Origin: the human T2T-CHM13v2.0 reference genome, Homo sapiens
Assembly (NCBI RefSeq): GCF_009914755.1
Contig: NC_060926.1
DNA: 64,000 nucleotides
Reading direction: 5' to 3' (one strand)
Shown here: positions 1 to 14,092 of the stretch, in pieces
How positions within the stretch are numbered: position 1 is the first letter of the stretch
How the letters are laid out: each line of letters starts with the position of its first letter
Made by a program: the position numbers and the translations under genes
The notes under the pieces: generated by a model
What the model was told of the DNA's origin: nothing
The model's input: only the letters and a program-made list of their open reading frames with translations
Databases searched by the model: none

Positions 1-35
1 AACTCGAATTGAAATTGACACAAAATATTTTGAAG
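1..35 (+). CDS. ALLC: Allantoicase, 3' part of third-last coding exon (TRIEIDTKYFE-G)
   Basis: Frame from nt 2 reads TRIEIDTKYFE, then G|gtaaat donor at 36. The phase-1 end joins the 4087 exon to give the allantoicase motif IDTxxFxGNxP. Confidence 0.9.
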
Positions 36-114
36 GTAAATGCAAAGCCATAAAGAAGTACCCTATAATTGGTTTGTTTATTCTAAAGACTGAGTTCTAT
101 GGAAGTGGGACTGA

Positions 115-837
<723 letters not shown>

Positions 838-1326
838 AACCCTTTGAACTTTAGTAACTCCTCTATAAAATTCACATTTGGGCTGGATGACCCCCAAAGT
901 CACACAAGATTCCATGACACTGTCCGGCTCTTTACCATAGAGGCTCTGCATTCCCCTTGGAAAAAGAGCCTGTGAAAAGCACCGGGATGGGAGGCACCTT
1001 TTTACAGAGAAGGGTCCTAAGCAGATTGACCGGGGAAGGGGAGTGACCATTTCTTCCCCAGGCTTCACTTTTAAGGCAGTGGTTTACACATTTTTAAAAC
1101 CGTACACCTCTATGTGTTTAAAAAATATTTGGACAAACAACCTTGATATTCTGTATTTACTTTCTTATGAAATACATATGTGTATTATTAAGATAATTCA
1201 AAAGAAGTTGGTACACTTCTACAATTGTTATGTGACATTTTATAAATACTGGATTGAGTATTCCACGTTAGCCATCTTTGAATAAATAGTGGCATTTTGT
1301 ATTCATGTTTTGGGTGAGTGGTTTTT

Positions 1327-1433
1327 ATTTTTATTTATTTATTTATTTAATTATACTTTAAGTTTTAGGGTACATGTGTACAACGTGCGGGTTTGTTACA
1401 TATATATACATGTGCCATGTTGGTGTGCTGCAC
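1327..1433 (-). mobile_element. Very short 5'-truncated L1PA 3' end with 16-bp TSD
   Basis: TTATACTTTAAGTTTTAGGGTACATGTG...GGTGTGCTGCAC is the L1PA 3' UTR end. It is flanked by TGGGTGAGTGGTTTTT at 1311-1326 and 1434-1449. Confidence 0.9.
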
Positions 1434-1593
1434 TGGGTGAGTGGTTTTTAAATGTCTTGGGAATTATTGTGACTTTACTCAATTACTAACCATTATATCA
1501 AATTCAAGGCCAGGCTCATCATTAACAGTAGTGCCTATAATTATTTCAAGAAGTCTTGGTAATTTTAACTTATTTTGGAAAGACGGCATTTTA

Positions 1594-2856
1594 TCTGTTT
1601 TTTCTTTTAACTATTATTTTAGGTTCAAGGGTAAATGTGCAGGTTTGTTATATAGGTAAACTTGTGTCATGGGGTTTTGGTGTACAGATTATTTTATCAC
1701 GTAGGTATCAAGTATGGTACCCGATAAGTATTTTTGCCTGATCTTCCTCCTCCCACCCTCCACCTTCAATTATGCCCCAGTGTCCATGTGTTCCCATTAT
1801 TTAGCTGCCACTTATGTAAACATATAGTATTTGGTTTTCTGTTCCTGCGTTAGTTTGCCAAGAATAATGCTCTCCAGCTGCATCCATGTTGCTGCAAAGG
1901 ACATTATCTCATTCCTTTTTGTGGCTGCATAGTATTCCATGTTGTATATGTATCATATTTTCTTTAGCCAGTCTACAATTGATGGACATTTAGGTTGATT
2001 CCACGTCTTTGCTATTGTGAACAGTGCTGCAATGAACATACATGTGCATGTCTTTATGGCAGAATGATTTATATTCCTTTGGGTATATGCCAAATAATGG
2101 GATTGCCGAGTCCAATGGTAATTCTGTTTTTAGTTCTTTGAGGAATCGCCACAACACTTTCCACAATGGCTGAACTAATTTACACTCCCACCAGCAAGGT
2201 ATATATGTTCCCTTTTCTCCAGAACCTTGTCAACAACTGTTATTTTTTGATTTTTTCATAACAGCCATTCTGACTGGGAGATTGTATCTCCCAGTGGTTT
2301 TGATTTGCATTTCTCTAATGATTAGTGATGTCAGCCATTTTTTCATATGCTTGTTGGCTGCATGTATGTCTTCTTTTGAAAAGCATTTGTTTATGTCCTT
2401 GGCCAACTTTTTAATGGGGTTGTTTTTTGCTTGTAAATTTGTTTAAATTCCTTATAGATTCTGGATATTAGACCTTTGAAAGAACCATAGGTTGCAAATA
2501 TTTTCTCCCATTCCGTAGGTTGTCTGTTTACTCTGCTGATAGTTTATTTTGCTGTGCAGAAGCTCTTTAGTTTAATTAGATCCCATTTGTCATTTTTTTT
2601 GCTTTTGTTGCAATTGTTTTTGGCATTTTCATCATGAAATATTTGCCAGTTCCTATGTCCAGAATGGTATTTCCTAAGTTATCTTCCAGGGTGTTTATAG
2701 TTTTGGGTTTTACATTTAAGCCTTTAATCAATCTTGAGTTGATTTTTGTATATGGTGTAAGGAAGGGGTCCTGTTTCAATCTTCTGCATATGGCTAGCCC
2801 ATTATCCCAGCACCATTTATTGAATTGGGAGTCATTTCCCCATTGCTTGTTTTTTT
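1594..2856 (-). mobile_element. 5'-truncated older L1 (L1PA/L1PB-type): 3' UTR plus end of ORF2
   Basis: Minus ORF 2576-2779 ([25 protein letters not shown]...) is L1 ORF2 C-terminus. Near-TSD AAGAC[G/T]GCATTTTA at ~1580 and ~2857. Confidence 0.9.
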
Positions 2857-4022
2857 AAGACTGCATTTTAGATCTGGTTATGTGGCCATGGTTTTTACTT
2901 TTCAATGTGGCTGACTGAGGGTCAGGTGAAATGGCAGTTCTGGATTTTCTTGTTCATACATACTTGCATTTTTTATGGTATCTTTAATCCACAGTTCTCT
3001 GCATGAATGGTTTAAAATAACTTACTTATTTTTGTGAGGGATGCTTTAGTTAAAACTAGATAACAAACAGTAAATCCACTTAAGCAGACACCCAAAACTG
3101 CAACAGGTCATGAATCTACCACTGTCAAACACTCAGGATACCTCTGGTACATACAATATGATGACTGTAATGGAAATGAGGGAGCATGGCAGTATCCACT
3201 TATAGCAATAATATAGTAGGTTATATCAAATACACAAAGCTTAATATACACATACATATGTACGTATATCAGACAAATAGAAATAGCAGCTCTAATGTTC
3301 TCTACTTGCATCCTTTGTGTCCGTATGCACCCCAGGGGCATGTTCGCCCACCCTGGAGACTACCGTTTTAAGAGATGGGCCACAAAGGGGGCATGTGAGC
3401 CACAGTCTCCTCTTTTCCAGGGTTCTTGATTAGCAGCTCCTCCTCTGTTGATCCTAAAGAGCTCCAGTAGAAGTTCTCTCTTCTCAAAGAGAGTGGGACC
3501 TTTCCCTCAAGGTCCTCTAACCCCACTGAGCCCACGATTCCTATGATATTCCAAAGAGAGAAGAATCTCAGGACCATATACTCTCACCTGAAGATGACTC
3601 AGAAATCCCCAAATACACGTGTGTGGCTGGTGCCCAGCGCTAGCTAACATAAAACTCAGTATTTCCTTTTGATTGTCATGTTAAAAAATATGTCATAGGA
3701 AAATATTTTCCAGCTTCATAATAATTTCAGATGAGCCACATAGCAGTCTGCAAGTAATTAAATCTGCAATTGAGGAAGCTTATCAAATACATTCAGATTT
3801 CAAAGTGAGAACGCTATACATGCAAATTGAAATGCGCCAGCCCCTTCACATATGGCGGACTGCTTCTGAGTCCTCTGAAAAAGAAATGTCTATTTCATGA
3901 GACAATCTGAGCCTCACAAACCGGTTTGTTCCTTCCCTCACATACTTCATACCTTCGCTTTTGCTCAGGAAGAGCAGGGACTTGTTTTTTGCTGGGTTTT
4001 TGATCTTATTAAAAAAGCATGA

Positions 4023-4271
<249 letters not shown>

Positions 4272-4817
4272 TGAAGGATTAGGATACGCTCCAAAGTTTC
4301 TGCTCAGTTTAATGGTAAAACGAATGAGGTTTAAAACCCCTATCTGCAAACTTTAAGAAGAAAGGCTCTATTTCTCTCCACTTTTGTATTTCCAAATTTT
4401 ATTAGAACAAAATTGTTAAGTGTTCAGAATACATACGTGGAAACATGTCTCTGCATCATGTTTAACTTTGTAGAAGGGGCGACTAGCACATTTAAAGCTC
4501 TAATGGCGTGTCCACCTGCAGGATGGACGCTCTGAGATATTCCACAAGTGTCTTCTTTGATTTAGAAAGAGGGTCAGGCTAGAGGTGAGAGCTGCTCCCA
4601 TGTAAAGATAGGAAATAATCTCCGGGAGAGACCAAGATGGTCTCTTCCTTCATTTTCTTATCAATTTGCTTATGTATAATCAACTATTAGAAACAACTGA
4701 TGGGCATTTAGGTTGCCCATCAATTGTTTATTGGGGCCTGCTTATTCATGTATTATTTGGGCATCCTATCCCTACTAGCAGATTTTCATGGAAAGCCCAA
4801 TTATCATCAATTAATAA

Positions 4818-5135
<318 letters not shown>

Positions 5136-5221
5136 CACACACAAAGCCCCGGTGTCGGACACACAGCAGTAATTTCCCAGTCATAGTCTTCTTTTCAAAT
5201 GTTTTGAACACCTGGTGATTT

Positions 5222-5227
5222 AATAAA
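5222..5227 (+). terminator. ALLC: Polyadenylation signal AATAAA of ALLC
   Basis: Canonical hexamer 87 nt after the stop, followed by a T/GT-rich stretch. Confidence 0.8.
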
Positions 5228-5799
5228 GTGGTCGTCTCACAAATTGATCTCTGTATTTAATGTTGCTATGAGGCATTTAGTAGCTTACATACTGGCTATG
5301 GCTGTGACTGGTGGTCTCTACGGAACTACTTTTTTTGAACATTATAAGATATTAATACTCATAATATCAATATCTGTACCTTCGGTGTGGACTTCCAGCC
5401 GTAACATGTAGCCTACTGACTGTCTAGAATCACTCAAGGGGACTGGCCTATCTTTACCCAGAGTAGGAACGATTCTTCCAAAGACCCCCTCTCCCTTTGA
5501 ATCATTCCCCAATGAGGATGCGTTCTGAATGGCACGCGCCTGACACCGCACACCAGCGGCTATAGCGCGGTTCCTCACGGCCTCCCAGTGGCTCTGCACA
5601 CCTCCTCCTCTGGTGGAAAAGCTCAAATTCCCCACTCTGGGCCAGGAGTCCTGGAAGACACTGGGGCTGAACCGGTCAAATTCAACCTAAGATCAAAGAA
5701 ACAGAGGCTCAAAAAATGTGAAGCAGATCCCAGCACCCATCCAATGTTGATTGTCAAGATGGTCCTGGTCCCTCCCTAACCCTCCTCTCTACCGCTTCT

Positions 5800-6900
5800 A
5801 CAGAGGAAGGCGGCGAGTGTAGGGGGAGGAGGCACGGTGGGCGTCCCGGGGCGCTCAGCACAATCATGCTAGCCGCCTCCTCCTCCTCTTTTCCTGAGCT
5901 CTGCCGCCACGCCCCTCACCTGCCCGGGCTCCCCGTTGCCCCCTCACCTGTCTCCGCCCTGTGCCGCGCCTCACCTGCTTGGGCTCCCCATTACCCAATC
6001 ACCTGTCCCTGCCCCGTGCCGCCTGCTCACCTGCCCGGGTTCCCCGTCGCCCCGTCTCCTGCCCCGGCCCCGCGCCCCTCGCCCTGGCGGCCAGGCGGTC
6101 ACAATCGCCCAGGGTCGCGTCAACACGCAGCCTCCGCCCGCCTGGCAGCCCCGTCCCGTCCCCGTCCAGCCCCCGTCCCGTCCCCGTCCCGTCCTCGTCC
6201 TGCGCCAGCGGCTGGAGCGGACCTCCCGTCGGCGGTGCCCGGGCCTGGGCGCGGCTCTGCAGGCGTCGCTGCCCGCGCTGCCGCAGCCTCTCGGCCCCGG
6301 CGAGCGAGGAGCGGGGCGCGGCTATGGGAACCCGCGGGCCCTCCGCGCCGGTGGACACCACGCCCGCCAAGACCATCGTGGTGTACCGCAACGGGGACCC
6401 GTTCTACGTGGGCAAGAAGTTCGTGCTGTCGCGGCGCCGCGCGGCCACCTTCGAGGCGCTGCTGGAGCAGCTCACGGAGCAGGTGGACGTCCCGTTCGGC
6501 GTGCGCCGCCTCTTCACGCCCACGCGTGGGCACCGGGTGCTGGGGCTGGACGCGCTGCAGGCGGGCGGCAAGTACGTGGCGGCGGGCCGCGAGCGCTTCA
6601 AGGAGCTCGAGTAAGTGCGCCCGCGCCCCCCACGCGCCCTGCGCCCCTCCCCGCCCTCTTGGGTCTGAGCGTGGTCAGGGCCGTGCTCCCCAGGTGTCCT
6701 CCCCAGGCTTCCCTCCCGGCTCGGGCGCCCATCTTTCGGCGTGGATCCAGTGCCGCCGGCGTCGGGCCGCCCCAGGCCACGTGGTTTCCTGGGGGCGAAG
6801 CCGAGGCAGCCCCGCCCCCAGGGTCCCTTCCTATGGGGCAGGGCGGGCCCTGGCCGGCAGCGATTCAGGACCGCCCCAGAGACGGCCAGGAGGGCGTGGG
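5800..6900. promoter_or_regulatory. DCDC2C: CpG island: DCDC2C promoter and first exon
   Basis: Very high GC and CpG density, GC boxes, short C-rich repeats (GCCCCTCACCTG-like, CCCGTCCCGT-like); spans the ATG at 6324. Boundaries approximate. Confidence 0.9.
6324..6610 (+). CDS. DCDC2C: Doublecortin domain-containing protein 2C, coding exon 1 (first DCX domain)
   Basis: Strong Kozak gcggctATGG. MGTRGPSAPVDTTPAKTIVVYRNGDPFYVGKKFV...GVRRLFTPTRGHRV...YVAAGRERFK contains the DCX motifs YRNGD, VRRLFT and YVA. Donor GA|gtaagt; 287 nt. Confidence 0.96.
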
Positions 6901-7320
6901 GGAGGGGCGTGGGGCAGAAACAGGGGTGTGGAGGAGGGCGTGGGGGAGGGGTGTGGAGAGGGGCGTGGGGGGCGTGGGGGAGGGGTGTGGAGAGGGGCGT
7001 GGGGGAGGGGTGTGGAGAGGGGCGTGGGGGGCGTGGGGAGGAGTGTAGGGGAGGGGGAGGGGGGAGGGGCGTGGGGGAGGGGCATGGGGCAGAAACAGGG
7101 GTGTGGAGGAGGGCATGGGGGAGGGGTGTGGAGAGGGGCGTGGGGGGCGTGGGGGGCGTGGGGGAGGGGTGTGGAGAGGGGCGTGGGGGAGGGGTGTGGA
7201 GAGGGGCATGGGGGAGGGGTGTGGAGAGGGGCGTGGGGGGCGTGGGGAGGAGTGTAGGGGAGGGGGAGGGGGGAGGGGTGTGGGGGGGAGGGGCGTGGGG
7301 GGCAGGGCCTGGGAATGGGG
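6888..7320. repeat. G-rich minisatellite (GGGGCGTGGGGGAGGGGTGTGGAGA-like units), strong G-quadruplex potential
   Basis: Dozens of G4-G6 runs on the + strand, with recurring higher-order blocks (GGGGCAGAAACAGGGG at ~6911 and ~7086). Confidence 0.9.
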
Positions 7321-10300
7321 CGGGTTGGGCAGTTCCCATTTGAAATCGCTCAGGGTGACCCCTCTCACTCTGTGTCCGTCACTTGGTCCTGCGTGCATTT
7401 TCAAGCTTGCCTTTAATTAAACTATTGCCCTCCCACGGTTTGTGTCTGTAATCCCATTATTGCAGCCTGTGTCTGCTTTCTGTGATCTCAGCTGCTTTTC
7501 TCTCCTGATTCTCTGTTTCCTTGTAGGTTTACTTATTTTTTGACTGTGAACTACTCCTTTTGTATAGCTTTGTGTGGGGACATTCTTCAGGGCTGAGATA
7601 AAAGTGAGATTCCCCAGAGAGAATTTCCATTTTCTTCTTTCAAATGCTCTCCGTTCAAAAATGCTCTGAATTAAATCAGCAGCTTGAGTTTTGTTTGTTG
7701 TTTTTTGAAAAAGTAGTAGGATTTAGTATGAGGGCTGGTGTATGGTTCCAAATTCTTAGTGGCATTTGCAAAGATGTGAATTTACCATTCAGTTGTTTCT
7801 GAAGAAAAGTCGTAAGTCACAGGCATCACAGTTGCTAAGAGGTAGAATCTGGATTAGCATATTTCAGATTGAAATTTATTACTATGATAATCCTGTTATG
7901 TATTAGAATTCATGGACAAAATTATATTCCTTTATAGCCATGTGATTTGTGATTATTTTTTCCAAGCTAGTCAGATGGTGTGAATATCTAGAACTGACAT
8001 CCTACCCAGGATCCAGTGTTCAGTGCTGATTTACAATTAAAGAATATATCTCTACAAAAACTGCCTTTAAAGTCCCTTTCGATACATATATAATGAAAAG
8101 TATTTAATTTTATCCCAAGATATTTTCTTGTAAAATTGGCCTGTGTTTTACATGTTAGCAAATGAGGAAGGAAACGTATCAAGCACCTGCCACGAAGCCT
8201 GGAGTGTGCCTGGGAGATGTTACTCTTTCCCCTTGCTGTGGGGCTGGATATTTTCTAACCAGACCCTGTTGTACCTCCAGTTTTGTAGAGAGAGTCTCGA
8301 GTCTCATGGTTTATTTAAAATGTTTTGGACATGTAGCAAAAATATTGAGAAAAAATTGAGATGTTTTTCTTCCCAGTGCTCTTACTGTTTATTTTACTTT
8401 TTGGGAGGAAAGAAATGTCACCCACTGCAGAGGGAGGGGAGTTGGGGTCCGTGTGGCAGACAGCCTGGGTTATTTTGCATTATCTATTATCCATGCATCT
8501 TCACTGCTGTAAAATAGATGAGCCATGTCTGCATGTGAAGTTCAACATAGAGAGCACGTGGGGTTCCTTTTCTTCAGTTTTTTTTAGGTCAGTGAGTCTG
8601 AAATTGGAATTCAGACTTTGGTGAACAAAGCTCTGAAAAATGTGGCTGGATTTTCACTGGTATTAGTAAAGTAAACTAGCTCTTGGAAATTTATATTCTG
8701 TAATTGCTAAGCCATTGAGCAGTTCAATTAATTTTCACTGGAAAATAATATTCTAATTGTGTCACCAGCAAATGAACTTTGAAGTGAAGCCTGTTGATAT
8801 ATTAGTGATCCGGGAGCTCCCCTCATAATAGTGGTTTCAAGATGGTGCATTAAAAAGACAAACACCAACAAATCTATCCAATATCCAGCCATTACTCAGA
8901 CATTTCCTGCATTTTCTGGAAGAAAATAATTTGAGACCCAAAGGACATAATTTTTTTCTTTATAAAACAAAATATTATAAGATAATAATTACTTTTCAAA
9001 ACAATGACGTGTCATATAAAGCCTAGAATTAATATTTCTTTTGTGGAGAAAGCCACATTTACAACAAAATCTAAATCAGGGTGTTGTGTATGTGTGCACG
9101 CATGTGTGTGCGTGTGTGTGTGTGTATGTGTTTAGGGGAGGGACCCCAAAGAATTTGAATGCTTAGGAATATTACCCTGTTTACTTTAGAGCTTGTTGCT
9201 GAGACATGAGTGTGAACATGCTATTTGAATCAAAGTCTCCTCGTTCTTCCTCAACCCAGCCTTTTCCTCTCATCTCCCTGGCCACCCATTTGTACCTGGG
9301 AACTAGCCGCAGATGACAGGAGAAAGAGGAAAAGTGGGTGGAGAGGAAGTTGTGATAGATGACAGGAATGTTGGCCTCAGAGCCAGAGACTGGTGGAATT
9401 TAATCCTGGCTTTGTCTACCTGAGTAACGTTCAGCAAGTGAAATAACCTCTCCAAGACTTGGTTTCCTCATCCATAAAGCAGGCTGGCTTCACATCCACT
9501 CTGCGGTACGGTTGGGAGAATGGAATGAATGCAGTAGGGTAAGGTGCCTGGCACGGATTCTCATGGGTGGTTTCTTCCCTTCCTTTGTTCTCTGGAAGTA
9601 GCCGGGAGGGAGCTTGCACCTCATGGTCCCATCACTGCTTCACAGACCTACTCCCCGCCCACCTCAGAGCAAGCCAAGCCCACCCAGCAGGCTTCTCTAT
9701 GTGCCTGAGTTAAAGACCTCAGGTCATGGGCTGTCTGAGGAACTATTTGTCCTTTCTTTCTGTTTTTATAAGTTCTTGGGAGTGCAACATTGAAATAATA
9801 AATAGTATTTTGTGTTTTTGTAGGATCTTTTTATGCTTTTTTTCTGTGTTAAATTTTATTTTTTGGTTCCATGTAATGAAAATCAGATGTCTCATTTGGG
9901 AGATTAATGTTCATAAACAAATATGGAATTTGGGAATTTAGAACAAATTTAAAATATTTATTTGGAAAACAGGAAGACTAGACTAAGCTAGTGAAGAGTG
10001 CATACAAGGGCCTCTAAGCAAGTGGAGAGGCTCAGGCTGAACTCAGCCAGCAGCCATGTTTTGTTCAGTTCATACAATTTTCAAAGATTTGAGTTGGCTG
10101 CAACATTTTATAATTGGGAGAACTCATGTAATAATATGAACTTTTGGTCTCCCTTGGAAAAAATAGAGGATTTGATTGTTCAGAGGACTTGGTTGTAGCT
10201 GCGTGCATCTCCGCTATCTGGACCTGTGAGGCCCTGTCCGCCTCAGAAGGGAAAGGATGGTCCCACCAGCCACAGCCCCCACCAGTCCCTGAGACCACCC

Positions 10301-11108
10301 TTGGCGAGTGCCATCATTTACTTGACCAGTTTCTGTGGGGATCTGCATCCGTGACTCTTTATTGAACACTTAGTTATTTCTTCCCCTTCTATTTACCAGT
10401 CTAAGTTGACCCTTCTCTGAATATTGCTGAAACTATCAAAAACAATAACAATCTCAAATACATATTTTTTTAATCAGGAAGAAACCTTAGTATCAGATAT
10501 AAATTTGAAGGTATTATTTATTACCCATGAAAACATTTTATTTTTGAGGAATATGGAAGTCTCAAAAGTCCCCAACAGTAAAAAAAATTGTGTTAGTAGG
10601 GCTCAGACACATTTTATGCTGGTGACTCTTTTCCAGTTTGCAGTTTTGGCAAAAGGAGAACAGTGCTGAATTTCTGTGAGCAGGAGGGAGCGGTGGGGGT
10701 GCAGAGGAGCTGGAGGAGAGTCTGGGTTTTTGTTCCGACCTTAGCCTGTCATGGGAACATTGATGAGCTCGCAGTTCTGGGCCTTCAGCGACCTGGTTAA
10801 AGAATGCTGTTGAATTAGATGATTTCTCAGGTTTCTCTTTAATAAAATTACGTGAGGGAAAGCAATGTCACTTAAGAGACACTTTCAAGGGGCAGTGCCA
10901 GTGGTACCCAGTGTGAAAACTGTCCTACAGCAGCATTGCTATTGTATTCTGATGTGGATTCTAACACCGAGAAAATTTTAGATCCTAGTTCCAAATTGCT
11001 GTGGGGTTGTATCTATTAAGCCGGAAAAGGACTCGTTTCTAAAGAGTCTGGAACTTTCTATGTAAATATCTTCCTTCTAATGATGTTTTCTTCTTTCTTC
11101 TTTTGCAG

Positions 11109-11160
11109 TTATATTCATATAGTTCCCCGAAAACCTGCAAAGATAAGGAAGTTGAAGGAA
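11109..11160 (+). CDS. DCDC2C: DCDC2C exon 2 (D-YIHIVPRKPAKIRKLKE)
   Basis: Long polypyrimidine tract with ttgcag| acceptor, GAA|gtaagt donor; 52 nt, phase 2 to 0, in frame with exon 1. Confidence 0.92.
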
Positions 11161-12522
11161 GTAAGTGTTTGCTTCTAACAACTAATAATGGAATAAATTG
11201 GCCAACTTGGTAAAAATTTAAATGTCGGCACGGAATAATTGAAGTTTCACAGAAGCAGTAAATGCCTGCAGAGATGTGTTGCTCTTGAAGCCAGAACACA
11301 CTGTGCAAGCTTGTCATACTTGTCAAAGCACTGAAGTAACCAAGTGGCGGAAGGCAGTGAAGAGAGGCTAAGATGTGCAGAGGGAGATAGTCATCTCTGA
11401 GGCACACCGTGCAATTAATTCAAGTGTTCATTTTCCTTTTGTTTTGGGGGGGTTTGGAAAGACAGGTCTCAGGAAAAGTTATTTAGAGTTATGCAATGCT
11501 GAAGCTAATTATAATGCTAAATTTAAAGATTTGTCCCAAGTGCTCAACATTTTTGTACGTGATAGACATTTATTAGGTCTACAGGACAGAACATTCCATC
11601 ACACCGTTCTTATCATTTGATTCTTAGTAAAAATAACCATTTAATTTGTTTAAAGAGACATGCCTTTTTTATAAGCAATAAAAACCACAGTTTTAAGCCA
11701 GGTAGCCTGTTGATATTTAGAATTTAACATAATTTTGACTTAAAAACGGACTTATTTTGTGGATTATTACACAGGTGAGTTATTTTGAGGGTATCTACTT
11801 CTCTAAGTTGCAATGTTGCTGTTCTTAAATTTCCTCACCTGTAAAATGGAGATGATAATAGATACCTCAGAAGCTCGTTGTAAGGACTAAATGGTAAAAT
11901 CTGTATAATGTGCCAGCACTAGTTAAGGGCTTCCCCTCCACATCTTACAGAAGCGGCTCTTCTCTGTGTCTTTGGAGCATCACCCAGAGCTCCATGCAGG
12001 ACACGCCAGCAGCCCCAGCATTGTTCACAGGCACCAGCTTCCAGAAGCGTTCCGCTGCCTTCTTGGAGTCTGCCCTTGAGGGCAGTTAAAATAAGTCAAA
12101 TTTATTACTTTACTCACCTTAAATTGTAACTTGCCAAGGACGAGAGGGCAAGTTTCCAACTAGAAAGCAATTCTGGCAGTCACTGAATTTCAGGGCTACC
12201 TTAATAAAGAGTGTGGAAATGATTTGTGATCATCCTGACACCTCTATACCTGTTTCCCCTCTACCTGTGGGGCTGGGAGCAGGATTAAGCAACAATTTTG
12301 GAAATCACCCTTGAGAATATTTGTTAGAGTTTGAGTCTCGGTTCATCCTTTGCATATTTCAGTGATTTAAATAAGATATGATTTAAAAGGCAATATTTTA
12401 GGACAGGGAGGAAATTTCAGACTATCTTGTCAAAACTTCTTGTTTTCTAGTAGAGGAAGCCTTGGTCTACAGACGTGAAATGCTGAGCAGGCACACCAGG
12501 ATGTCTACACCCGCGCTGGCCT

Positions 12523-12610
12523 TGTCCTCCTAGGGCAGGCATTAGGTTGCTGGGCACTCACTCTATGAGGCTATAGTTACCCAAAAGAGTTTAAAAAATT
12601 TTTATTTTTG
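12523..12610 (+). repeat. Left arm of an ~88-bp inverted repeat of non-repetitive-looking DNA
   Basis: TGTCCTCCTAGGGCAGGCATTAGGTTGCTGGGCACTCACTCTATGAGGCTATAG...TTTTTATTTTTG; its reverse complement is at 14088-14174. Confidence 0.9.
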
Positions 12611-12689
12611 AATTTCCACTTTGTTCATTTCAAAAATGTGATTATAAAAGTAGTTCTCATTGACAGAGGTGTCAAAAATACTGTGCAGA

Positions 12690-14092
12690 AAATCAAAACT
12701 ACGGTGAGATACCATCTCACACCAGTCAGAATGGCTATTTAAAAATTATTTTATATTTTTTTCTTCAACTTTTAAGTTCAGGAGTACATGTGCAGGATGT
12801 GCAGGTTTGTTCCACAGGTAAACATGTGCCATGGTGGTTTGTGGCACAGATCATCCTATCTCCTAGGTATTAATCCCAGCATCCTTTAGCTACTCTTCCT
12901 GATGCTCTCCCTCCCCTCATTCCTCCTCTCTGACAGGCGCCAGTGTGTGTTGTTCCCCTCCCTGTGCCCATGTGTTCTTATCATTCAGCTCCCACTTACA
13001 AGCGAGGACATGTGGTGTTTGGTTTTCTGTTCCTGCATTAGTTTGCTGAGGATAATGGCTTCCAACTCCATCCATGTCCCTGCATGAGTACATTGTGTGA
13101 TGCTGAGGTTTGGGGTATAATTTATTCGGTCACCCAGGCAGTGAGCATAGTATCCAATAGTTAGTTTTTCAACCCTTGCCCCATTCCCTCTGTCTGCCAT
13201 CTATTAATAGTAGTATCCAGTGACTACTGTCATCATCTTTACACCCATGAGTACCTACTGTTTAGTTCCCACTTACAGGTGAGAACATGGAGTGTTTGGT
13301 TTTCTGTTCCTGCGTTAATTCACTTAGGATAATGGCTGCAGCTGCATCCATGTTCTTTTTTATGGCTGCATAGTATTCCACGGTGTATATGTACCACATT
13401 TTCTTTATCCAGTCCACCACTAATGGGCACAAGGTTGATTCAATGACTTTGCTATACCGAATAGTGCTGCAATGAATGTATGAGTGCATGTGTCTTTTTG
13501 GTAGAATGATTATTTTCTTTCTTGAATGGTAGTTCTAAGTTCTTTGAGAAACCTCCAACGGCCCTGCATAGTAGCTGAACTAATTACATTCCCACCAACA
13601 GTGTATAAGCATTCCCTTTTCTCCACAGTCTCACCAGCAACTTCTGTTTTTTGACTTTTTCAAAATAGCCATTCTGCTATTATTAAAAAGTCAAAAAACA
13701 ACAGATGCTGGCAAGGTTGTGGAGAAAGAGAACACTTTTACACTGTTGGTGGGAGGGTAAATTAGTTCAACCATTGTGGAAGACAGCATGGTGACTGCTC
13801 AAAGACACTAGAGGCAGAAATAGCATTTGGCCCAGCAATGCCGTTACTGGGTATATACCCAAGGGAATATAAATCATCCTGTCATAAAGATACATGCACA
13901 TGTATGTTCACTGCAGCACTATACACAATAGAAAAGACATGGAACCAACCTAAATGCCCATCAATGACAGACTGGATTAAAAAAAAAGTGGTACATTTAC
14001 ACCATGGAATACTATGCAGCCATAAAAAAAGAATAAGACCATATTCTTTGCAGGGACATGGATGGAGTTGGAAGCCATTATCCTCAGCAAAA
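12690..14092. mobile_element. Scrambled L1 cluster: + fragment (12690-12740), - L1PA 3' end (12746-13084), - older L1PB-like fragment (13085-13675), + L1PA fragment (13676-14092)
   Basis: L1 ORF2 C-terminal peptides on both strands (13262-13489 minus; 13838-14134 plus) and recognisable L1 3' UTR sequence. Confidence 0.85.

Noticed and set aside
6609-6614. Immediate stop on intron retention after exons 1, 3, 4 and 5
   Set aside because: Automatic result of phase-2 GTRAG donors, not evidence of designed short isoforms.
5866-7420. Several 100-460 aa ORFs over the CpG island and G-rich repeat, including an apparent N-terminal extension of DCDC2C from 5961
   Set aside because: Stop codons are scarce in very GC-rich DNA; only 6324-6610 has domain motifs, a strong Kozak and a donor.
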